This document shows positions 54,288 to 64,000 of a DNA stretch of 64,000 nt, piece by piece. The stretch covers positions 36,208,001-36,272,000 of the forward strand of contig NC_042998.1 of the NCBI RefSeq assembly GCF_006345805.1, given 5' to 3'. The notes below the pieces were generated by a model. The model saw only the letters and a program-made list of their open reading frames with translations. It was not told the DNA's origin and did no database searches. Positions within the stretch are counted from its first letter, which is position 1; each line of letters begins with the position of its first letter. The stretch is from Octopus sinensis (lineage: Eukaryota). Both the position numbers and the translations under genes were made by a program.

Positions 54288-54389
54288 CATTATTTATATT
54301 TGACAGATATGCCCACGGGCATATGAGGTAGTGGTTAAGGGCGCGGGCTACTAACTCCAAGATTCCGAGTTAGATTCCAGGCAGTGATC

Positions 54390-54447
<58 letters not shown>

Positions 54448-54657
54448 GGATAATATAAATAATACTAATGCTGATGATGATGATAATAATAAAAACAACA
54501 TCGAAAAATACCTTAGGAATGAGAACCCAGGTTCGAAATTTCCCCAAGGGTATATCAGCCGAAACATTGTGTTAAAAAACAAGATGAGGACAATTATCCG
54601 TCAAATGTAAATAATGTACATAATTCCTCATTTCTTAAATATAGAACCGTATTATAA
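54288..54657 (+). mobile_element. tRNA-headed hammerhead SINE-like element, copy 2 (CUGAUGA segment deleted)
   Basis: Same head, (TAA)n spacer and tail as 3265-3723; short 5' inverted repeat 54286-54309 vs 54595-54618; direct repeat catgatcta at 54279-54287 and 54658-54666. Confidence 0.85.
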
Positions 54658-54661
54658 CATG

Positions 54662-54771
<110 letters not shown>

Positions 54772-55146
54772 GTGCGTGTGTGTGTGTGTATGTGTGTATG
54801 CGTGCGTGTGCTTGTGTGCGTATGTGTGTGTGCGTATGTAGATTTCCATTTTCCTTTACACGACTTACGTCAATTTAAGAGAAACACAAATTCTCCATGT
54901 ATTTCGCCTAAATACCGCTTTACCTTATTTCCATTTGTCCATAAAACCAAATCCATTAAAATAATTATTGACATACGATGCTCGTAGATGTCTTACAAAA
55001 ACTATTTTCGTAGCAATTAATTATTATTTTTTTTAAAGATTCTATCCACATTTCGGTTTTAGGCCGACGTTAAAAATATTCCCAAAATTTAGATGCAAAT
55101 CAATAACTTAATGTGTTATATATGTACATACATACATATATGTCTA

Positions 55147-56040
55147 CGAGATATGATCAATAAGTATCCGGACTGTTGCTATAGTAACGCAGCTAAAGCA
55201 TTCAGAGTGAAGTCGCTTGGCACAGATTGACCTTAAACTCTGCTGTGCATGTGGACAAAGTTTTTACATCCTAGCTCACTTCTGCTGTTTACAGCAGTGT
55301 TTGGAAGGAAGGTGTGTAGCGTGTGATCGTCGCATTGACCATGACAGAGAAAGTGTTTCATGGTGATACCTGCTCAGAGGCCGACACAAAGGTGCAGAAA
55401 GTGTGTGGAGAAGAATGTATGAGCCCCACACAAGTGTACGAGTAGTTCGAACATTTCCAAGATGGCCGAAAAGATATCGATATTAACGAACGTTGTGGGT
55501 AACTCGCAACCAGCAGAGAAAGATATCGCAGATGTGCGTGCAGCTGTGAGGGAAAATCGTCGAATCACCATCCGTAAGTTATCAGAGGATGTGCAGTTAA
55601 GTTACGGTTCAGTTCAGTCCATTATTATCACTGAAGATTTGGGTATGAGACGCGTGCCTGCCAAGTTTGTGCCAAAACTACTTTCAGCTGACCCAAAATA
55701 CACTCGGGTTTCAGTTGCACAAGATCTCCTTGGCTGTGTAGAGAACGAGAAAACATTTTTGAAAACTTTGCGTAGGCCTCTGAGCAGGTATCACCAAGCT
55801 TTTGGCAAAATTTGATGCAGATTATCTTCTCAACTTTCTCTGTCATGGCCGATGCGACGATGACACGCAACACATCTTCCTTCCGAGCACGGCTGTAAAC
55901 AGCAGAAGTGAAATAGAAAGTTAAAACTTAATGCGCATGCACAGCAGAGTTCAAGGTCAATCTGTGCCAAGCAGTTGTACTCTGCGTGACTTCGCTTCGT
56001 TACTATGGAAACAATGCGGATACTTATTGATCAGACCACG
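55147..56040 (+). mobile_element. Non-autonomous mariner derivative with ~240-270-bp inverted ends
   Basis: TA duplications at 55145-55146 and 56041-56042; TIR tgatcaataagtatccg; transposase N-terminus MTEKV..GDTCSEA..VRENRRITIRKLSEDVQLSYGSVQSI..EDLGMRRVPAKFVPKLL; right end is an inverted copy of the left end. Confidence 0.92.
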
Positions 56041-56381
56041 TATATGTCAGTTTCTCCGTTTTCTTTTCTCATACATAAAAAAAAAAAGAATTAATACTAT
56101 ACTCTGATCTATCAATGCGAAGCTAGCACCTTTGCTTTTCACTGATAAACTGGATATAACCGGGGAACTCGGATGCTTTAAAAGGATTTATATCCTTGAT
56201 TTAGTTTTATATATATATAAAGAAAAAGAAGGTAGTCAGAAAACACACACACGCACGTTCACCCGTACAAAGATGCACGTTTAATTTAACATTTAATTGC
56301 AACAAAAATTATTATACATTTACGAGCTCATAAAGTCACAGTAATTTTGATGTTTGCTTATGTATATAGAAATAAATAGAT

Positions 56382-56737
56382 ACAACAGCACTCAGGGAGC
56401 GCAAACCTCCGCCAAGGCAACACCAACGTCTTCTCAACGATTAGCCAGAGACGATTTTTAAAATGAGAATATCTGAAATAAACTCGACTGCTCTCACAAA
56501 CGAGAATACTAAAAATGAACCCGACCGCTCTCAAAATTTAAGTAAAAACACAGGAAGAATATAATCCAGATCCCGGATCGATCCCAAAATCTAATCCGTT
56601 TATATCAGTGACAAGTCCAAACATTCCTGAAAGTTTTATCCGAATCCAGCCAGCGGTTCTTGAAGATATCTTGTCCACGGATAAACAAACAAACACGACT
56701 GAAACAATACCTCCACCTTCGCTATGGCGGAGGTAAT
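56382..56737 (+). mobile_element. HINE/DINE-1-like (Helentron-associated) element
   Basis: Subterminal acctccgcca (56405) complementary to the 3' hairpin acctccacc-ttcgcta-tggcggaggt (56709-56734); internal (caaa)n. Confidence 0.65.
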
Positions 56738-57221
56738 AAGGTAACTACTATCGTGGTGAAGCATAGGCAGAAGGCTATTTATAGAACATGTGTTATTGTT
56801 TTCCATTTAGTTGTTCGTCATTTAAAGAGAAAAGGAACACTGATTATTCATTTCGAAGATAACAGTACTTTCAGTGCGAACATCATAAAGCAGTGCTGAG
56901 ATTGTTAGCAATTAAAGCGTTACTATTGGACATAATTTTGCAGGCGTGTTTATGAAAGATTATGGGGATATTAGAAATGGTAGAAAGATTCGGGTTATTC
57001 ATGAAATTTTGTTGTATTTTAAGGTGTAAATATATACAGGTTGAGCCATATTTCTATTTACTTTTGGGATCTAAGATTCTGCTTGCACGTTAGCGTTTTT
57101 CCCTGTAAATTTTTTCCTATTGCGTTATCATTTATAAAGGGTATGTATTTTAAGCGTGTTTTCAGGTCTCCCAGAATTAAATTTTTGATATTAAACTTTT
57201 GTCGATTATATGCTGTTAGAA

Positions 57222-57608
57222 AGGCGGCGAGCTGGCAGAAACGTTTGTACGCCGGGCGAAATGCTTTATGGTATTTCGTCCGCCGCAGCGTACTGAGTTC
57301 AAATTCCGCCGAGGTCGACTTTGCCTTTCATCCCTTCAGGGTCGATAAATTAAGTACCAGTCACACACTGGGGTCGATATAATCGACTTAATCCGTTTGC
57401 CTGCCCTTGTTTGTCCTCTCTGTCTTTAGCCCCTTGTGGGTAGTAAAGAAATAGGTATTTCGTCTGCCGCTACGTTCTGAATTCATATTCCGCCGAGGTC
57501 GATTTTGCCTTTCATCGTTTCGGGGATCGATAAATTAAGTACCAGTTGCGATCTAATCGATTGGCCCCCTCCACCAAAATTTCGGGCCTTGTGCCCAGAG
57601 TAGAAAAG
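57222..57608 (+). mobile_element. SINE family A dimer
   Basis: Two units with junction aaagaaatag|gtatttcgtc; degenerate flanking repeat gattatat..tgtt. Confidence 0.9.
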
Positions 57609-58599
57609 ATTATATTTTGTTGAAGATATTCATTCATATTTGATGCTTATGAGCTGAATATTTTGACTTACAGTCACACAGCCACAAGGGTACTAGTTCA
57701 CATATACATTTTGAGTAATGTCGACATTATTTATCTAAGATTGTCTGACTTGTTGATTCCCTCACGCTCCCGCAGTCAGGTACATGCTCATTGAAATGCT
57801 TGAGAGACGTCAAAGAACAAAAGAAAAAAACCAAAACAAAAAAACGGGTACGTTCAAAATTATATGCAGGAAAAAATATTTAGAAATAGGAGAAAATACT
57901 TAAAAAGGAAAATAGAAAGATGTAGTGAGTTTTGGTTATATTTTTGGTTTAAACATTTACAAGTGTACAATTTTCGTGTCTTCAGGGGTTTACTGTTTTG
58001 GAGTTTCTATTTAGATTCAGACTTTTTGAAATTGCATTTTGTGTGGCATTTTGTGTGCATGGATTGTGATTACTTTTTTGCGATTAATTTCTTGAAAATG
58101 TTTCCTATTTGTATTTTACTTTATATTTTTATCTTCCAAGACCGAAATATATATATATAACTATGTGATTACTTCTATTTTATTTTCAAAAGTGTAGGTG
58201 TGTCGATTATAACAGGTTTTACAATTCTCGGAAGTAAATACCAAATATATCATAAAAAGATGGTTAGTTTTTACTTTGTATCTATATACTGTGTCGTTTT
58301 AGAGTTGTTTGTTAAAGGATTTATGTTGAAATTATTTCGTTTAAGATTGCTGGTATGAATTCGAAATAAATTGTTGTTTTTATGATATTCATACTATAAA
58401 GAGGCAAGAGAATTCCCTTACTTTACAACGATGCACGTAGACATAATAATATATACTCTACATAAATCTTACCTCAAATCTTTCGCCTTCCTCCGCCCTC
58501 GCATTTCATAAAAAACATTTGCACAAGCTAAAGATTTTAAGTGTTCATTATTGCTATAAAAAGCTTATAGGAGTGCACTTTTGTAGCAAGCACTATTTT

Positions 58600-58668
<69 letters not shown>

Positions 58669-59026
58669 GAGGAATAAGAATTCATGGAAATAAGCCGGTA
58701 GTTAGTATGTTCCATCTTTCTCTCGTTCTTCAACCCACCTATTTCATTGTCTTTTAAGAGCGAAATGTTTGTACATGAATATTTTTCTCTCATACATGGC
58801 TTCCACATTTTATCTTGTTATTTATGAAGATGGATATTTGTCTTCGCTTATACACATATATACATAAGTGGATGTGTGGTAAGAAGCTTGCTTCCCAACT
58901 ACATGGTTCCAGGTTCAAACCCACTGTATCTTCTACATATATATATATGTATAAGGGTAAAGGAACACACAGTTGTATATATGAAAAACAAGTCAAGATA
59001 GATGTTAAAATAATTTTAAAAGAACA

Positions 59027-59070
59027 TTTCAGTACCGGTTTCGGGCATTTTGAGACCTTTTCACCTGTAA
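59027..59070 (-). ncRNA. Variant hammerhead motif in the inverted pseudo-LTR
   Basis: Minus: uuacag-GUGAAAA-gguc[ucaaaau]gccc-GAAA-ccggu-A-cugaaa; palindromic stem III ACCGGU. Confidence 0.55.
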
Positions 59071-59573
59071 AATATTATAATTAAATTAGAAAAATTAAAA
59101 GAAAAGTTTTTTTAAAGGAATATTTGTATAGTTGTTCAAATATAAGTGGCATTTTCCTTGTTTCTTTCTCTTCTGCCTTGTCTCTGTCTCTCTTGTGTTC
59201 ACTTAAATTTAGAAAAAGTTGCGAATTCTTTGTAGAGGAAAAGAAGAAGAGAGAAGAAGAAGAAGAAGAAGAAGAAGAAGAAGAAGCAGAAGAAGAAGAG
59301 TAGAATAAGTAAGAAAAGAAGAAGAAGAAGAAGAAGAAGAAGAAGAAGAAGAAGGATGATGAGGAGAAGGGAGGGGAATTTGAGAGTGCCTTGATTGTCG
59401 TATTTTGAATGGTCAGTGGCGGCTAGCAGTTGCTGTTCAATTGAGAATATTTCTATTGAAAGGTTTGTTTATATAATTTGCGTAGGTGTTATACTAAAAT
59501 ACATTAGTGATAAAGTTAAGAAGTAGAAGGTGGAGCAGAAGAAGAAGAAGAAGGAGAAGAAGAAGAAGAATAA

Positions 59574-59608
<35 letters not shown>

Positions 59609-59610
59609 AA

Positions 59611-60042
59611 AACTGTGGAAGACCCAATTGCGGGATATGCGATTATCTAATTGAGGGATCAGAGTTCTCCTTCAAACAGGGACAACGGTTTACAGTGAAA
59701 AGCAACTTCACATGTGCTTCGGAGAACCTGATACACACACTAACCTGCTCTGGGTGTCAAGAGCAGTACCAAGGCCAAACAGAAAACAGTTTGCGTAAAA
59801 GAATGGCCCTGCACAGATCCCAGATAAAAATTCCCCAAAACAGAAAAATAGCATTCAGCCAACACATAGATACTTGCGCCAACAACAAAACACCAAGCTC
59901 CAGGATTTTCCTCCTCTACCAATTCAGGGACGATACAAACTCGAGCCAACGAATAAGTAAAGAAACTCTCTTTATTACAAAATGCAGGCCACTTCTGAAC
60001 GGGTCTACGCCAAACGATATATACACCTCGGCTTTAGAATAA
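59611..60042 (+). pseudogene. Cys-rich linker plus GIY-YIG endonuclease domain of a Penelope-like element
   Basis: CGRPNCGICDYL...FTCASENLIHTLTCSGCQEQYQGQTENSLRKRMALHRSQI..FSQHI..RISKETLFITKCRPLLN; the upstream poly-K is a (GAA)n artefact. Confidence 0.9.
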
Positions 60043-60222
60043 CACAAATACACACGCAAATATTACATTCCAAAGAATCCATTACAAATCAGCCCCAATC
60101 ACAGCTATAACCCATAACGTGCCAACTTCAAGTCATACAACAGCTCACTACTTCCACTCATTCATATTCTCCCTTCTCTTTCTTCTTCTTCCTCTTCTTC
60201 ATCATCATCATTATCATCATCG

Positions 60223-60253
<31 letters not shown>

Positions 60254-60767
60254 CATCATCATCTTCTTCTTCTTCTTCTTCTTCTTCTTCTTCTCTTCAT
60301 CATCATCAACATCGCCATCATCATCATCATCATCATCTTCTTCTGCTCCACCTTCTACTTCTTAACTTTATCACCAATGCTTTTTAGTATAACACCTACG
60401 CAAATTCTATAAACAAACAAATTCTATAAACAAACAAATTCTATAAACAAACCTTTCAATTCTCATCAATTGAACAGCAACTGCTAGCCGCCACTGACCA
60501 TTCAAAATACGACAATCAAGGCACTCCCAAATTCCCCCCCTTCTCCTCATCCTTCTTCTTCTTCTTCTTCTTCTTCTTCTTCTTCTTCTTCTTCTTCTTC
60601 TTCTTCTTCCCTACCAAGAATTCGCAACGACCTCGAACCCACAAGTGTAAACAAGAGAGACAGAGAAAGGCAGAAACAAGCAAAATGCCACTTATATTTG
60701 AACACTATACAAATATTCCTTTAAAAAAACTTTTCTTTTAATTTTTCTAAATTTAATTATTTAATCG

Positions 60768-60811
60768 TTACGGTTGAAAAGGTCTCAAAATGACCGAAAC
60801 CGGGACTGAAA
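60768..60811 (+). ncRNA. Variant hammerhead motif (U3-A8 core) in the pseudo-LTR
   Basis: ttacgg-TTGAAAA-ggtc[tcaaaat]gacc-GAAA-ccggg-A-ctgaaa. Confidence 0.6.
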
Positions 60812-60884
60812 TGTTCTTTACAAAATTATTTTAACATTTTCTATCTTGACTTGTTTTTTCATGTATATATATATATAGCAAATC

Positions 60885-61053
60885 TAAAAAGTTAAGAAGA
60901 AACATGAAAAAACAACGCGAGGATGTGGTACATGTAATGTATTAGCAGACTCTCATGAAAGGAAGGAAAGAGGATTTAACGTTTCGAGCAGACGCTCTTC
61001 TTCGGAAATAGAGGAAAGTCCAAAATAAAGGAAGATGGAGGAAGAAAATCGCC
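60885..61053 (-). mobile_element. Hammerhead-bearing mini-element family H1, degenerate copy
   Basis: Homologous to 29501-29716; motif 60974-61009 on minus: auuu-CCGAAGA-a-gagc[gucu]gcuc-GAAA-cgu-U-aaau. Confidence 0.75.
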
Positions 61054-61336
61054 ACACACACACACACACACTCACTCACTCACACACACACATGTATATT
61101 CATGTATATACATATATTCATACTCTCAGTGATAGGCGTGTTCGCCGCCAGTTCTTATTAAATGCAACTTCCCGATTTCCGTTTATCTAGTTTATGTTCC
61201 ATTCAATTGATATTCAGAGTTTTAATCTGGACCAGCAATGTTGAGTGGATAACCTTTTAACATTTCATCCTCGTTTCTATTTGTAATTGAACCATTTATT
61301 ACGATTCTTAAGTAACAAAAACAGTTTGTTTTATAG

Positions 61337-61380
61337 AAAATGCATGCCCACCTCTTCAGAAAATTCATTATCTTTTGCAG
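61337..61380 (+). other. Candidate 44-nt exon
   Basis: tttgttttatag| ... CAG|GTAAGT; open in all frames; product not recognised. Confidence 0.3.
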
Positions 61381-61580
61381 GTAAGTATTTAATTGTTTGC
61401 TATTAGATAAATTTAAGCTTTTCTTTGAATATTTTAGAAAATAGATATTTTATGGCCTGCTTGAACAGGTTTGTGCCAGTAGAAAAATCCACCTACCTGT
61501 ATGCAACACTGTTCGGACATATAAAAGCACACAAACATAAAAACATACTTCCACTTTTAAAGCTTTCTCTGTCTGTTTAT

Positions 61581-61688
<108 letters not shown>

Positions 61689-62295
61689 GTCCTTCCGTCT
61701 GTCTCTCTGTCACAACACACATACACCCACCCACACATAAATAACAATTTCTGCTTTCTCTTATCGTTTTTCTCCTCTATTTAATACCGCCACTTTTATA
61801 TGTGCACACGCGCATGTACATGCGGGTGTATGTCTTTGCTTGTTTATATATATATATATATATATATGTATAAGTCTATGAATATGTGCGAGGATGTGTT
61901 TGTGTTAAGCTGTAGGAATTCTTAATTAGAAATCACCTCATTTGATGGTTTCCAAGCTGGTTGCTAGACAATTCACGTTGTTTCATTAAGTTTTAACATT
62001 TGAGCGTGTGCCTATGAATATCCGGTCTTTCGCAGAATCCTTTAGAATTTCTGCTTAATTCAGATATATCGCTGACAATATCGTCCACCCTCCATAAACT
62101 AAGGTTGATCGAATTCTACTGATCTTGCGTGAAAATCTTTAAATTAGCTATCGATTCAATCTTTTCTTCGTGATAATAATTAAGACAGTTTGCTTATGGA
62201 AAGGTACATCGATTTACAAGGATATAAAGTCATCGTTTTCGGAAGCTCCTTTCTCTGAACATGCTTGTTGATAAAATGAAACTATATTGCCATAG

Positions 62296-62350
62296 GTTGC
62301 ATGCGTTGAGTTTGTTTCGTCTGAAGAAAAGGACGCTGATGTAATTAACG
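62296..62350 (+). other. Candidate 55-nt exon
   Basis: ccatag|GTTGCATGC...AACG|GTGAGT; reads VACVEFVSSEEKDADVIN; weak pyrimidine tract. Confidence 0.2.
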
Positions 62351-62447
62351 GTGAGTATAATAGATTCTGGAGAGCCACCGACCAATGTGGTGCAGTTGGC
62401 ACAGTAGTTAACGTGAAGAACTACAAGACAAATTGTGATAGTTTATA

Positions 62448-62862
62448 AGGCGCAGGAGTGGCTGTGTGGTAAGTAGCTTGCTAACCAACCACATGGTTCC
62501 GGGTTCAGTCCCTCTGCGTGGCATCTTGGGTAAGTGTCTTCTGCTATACCCCGGGCCGACCAATGCCTTGTGAGTGGATTTGGTAGACGGAAACAGAAAG
62601 AAGCCTGTCGTATATATGTATATATATATATATGTGAGTGTATGATGTGTTTGTATGTCTGTGTTTGTCCCCCTAGCATTGCTTGACAACAGATGCTGGT
62701 GTGTTTACGTTCCCGACACTTAGCGGTTCGGCAAAAGAGACCGATAGAATGAGTACTGGGCTTACAGAGAATAAGTCCCGGGTTCGAGTTGCTCGATTAA
62801 AGGCGGTGCCCCAGCATGGCCACAGTCAAATGACTGAAACAAGTAAAAGAGTAAAAAGAGAG
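62448..62862 (+). mobile_element. tRNA-derived SINE family C, full length
   Basis: Head aggcgcaggagtggctgtgtggtaag...gggttcagtccc; internal (TA/TG)n; tail cagtcaaatgactgaaacaagtaaaagagtaaaa. Confidence 0.92.
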
Positions 62863-63263
62863 TAACCATACAGGATGACTGGGATTTGGCCAATTAATTC
62901 TTAAATGGCCTACACTCAAATATAGAAATATAAAGAAAGTTGGATAAATCACGTCGCCTGGACGCAGTAGTAGTGATGTATAACAACCAGCAGTTCTATT
63001 CCTATAAAAATCTAGTTTGAGAAAAGAAAATACTGCAGCAAAGGGATTGTCATGGAATATGCTTAATAAAGATGAAGTCTTACCGTATTTATAAGTGAAT
63101 GGGGAAAACTCTATTTGGTTCAAACAACAGTTGTGTTAGATGTGCGTCCAAACAGTATCAATAATGATTCGCAAATAAATAACTTGTGAAAGTAGAGCCC
63201 ATCCCAAGAACGGGAAGCTAGGAATCACATATGTTTTACTGCGCATGCAGTAAAAGAGAAAAA

Positions 63264-63306
<43 letters not shown>

Positions 63307-64000
63307 AGAGAAAGAGAGAAAAAAGAAGAGGGCTACGGGTTTCTTAAAATTTTACTAAACAGTTTCTTAAAAGACGAGGTTGTATAATAAATGTTGTGTA
63401 TTGAGAATACGCACAGTGTGTGTTATAATATTCGGAGAGTCTTTGTGTAGGAAATTCTCCTCTTTAACAGGAGACTGTTACATAATGGATTACATAATAT
63501 AAATCAATAGAAAAAAGATGACGGTTTAGCTTTAGTCAAACTTTACACAAAAAAGTTACGGAGACCCAGATTATGTTAGTGAAAGCTTTATTCAGTTAAA
63601 TACATGAGTGTGACAGCCGCTTGTCAACTCCTGCTTAGTAGCAAAAAGCCCACCTAACCGGAAGTACACTTTGCTGCAGACCAGCTCGCCCTCTAGCCCG
63701 CAGCGAAATTCCTGTCTACAGTTCGTCAGTCATAAACCCTTGTGCAGTGCCCTACAACAGTACATTTGACCAAACGCTTTATTAGATTTCGTTTCATCCC
63801 CCTTCCCCAGCTTAAATCCATGGGCTTTCATTTCACATTTAAGTTATTATATATGGTACTGATGAAAAAACTGGGGTCAGTTCAACCCTTCACATTACTA
63901 GATCGCAGTCAACATTGGAATTCAATTCACTGAGTATTTCTTTCCCATATTACATTCCATTTTCTGTGAAGCTCTACTTTTGCTCATTTGCAATACTTTT

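Larger units (their letters stand above)
58980..60863 (+). mobile_element. 5'-truncated Penelope-like element (Neptune-like) with inverted pseudo-LTRs
   Basis: Arm 58980-59610 is the inverted complement of ~60170-60863; the arms enclose a GIY-YIG endonuclease ORF end; both arms carry a hammerhead-like motif; (TA)n flanks. Confidence 0.9.

Noticed and set aside
59530-59610. Poly-lysine N-terminus of the GIY-YIG ORF as a real NLS-like domain
   Set aside because: It is the (GAA)n tract of the inverted pseudo-LTR fused by chance in frame at the truncation point.

Overview
AT-rich, microsatellite-saturated eukaryotic DNA with the repeat landscape of a coleoid cephalopod (probably Octopus; inferred from the SINE families and simple-repeat load, not verified). 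No intact protein-coding gene is visible. Almost all ORFs in the track are microsatellite read-throughs. The window is a patchwork of tRNA-derived SINEs (at least 4 families) and decayed retrotransposons (Tx1/L1, R4/Dong with restriction-like endonuclease, RTE, CR1/L2-like, two Penelope-like elements). It also holds four mariner relics, a Helitron, a HINE-like element and foldback elements. The most notable signal is a set of eight minimal type I hammerhead ribozyme motifs (intact or variant, plus one deleted remnant) carried by several short non-coding element families. One family is a tRNA-headed SINE built like a Penelope insertion: inverted pseudo-LTR, unique ~30 bp tail and 9-bp target site duplications. 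This suggests Penelope-mobilised, ribozyme-bearing SINEs or mini-elements. There are weak hints of a host gene promoter and first exon at ~16.1 kb and of small exons at 61-63 kb.
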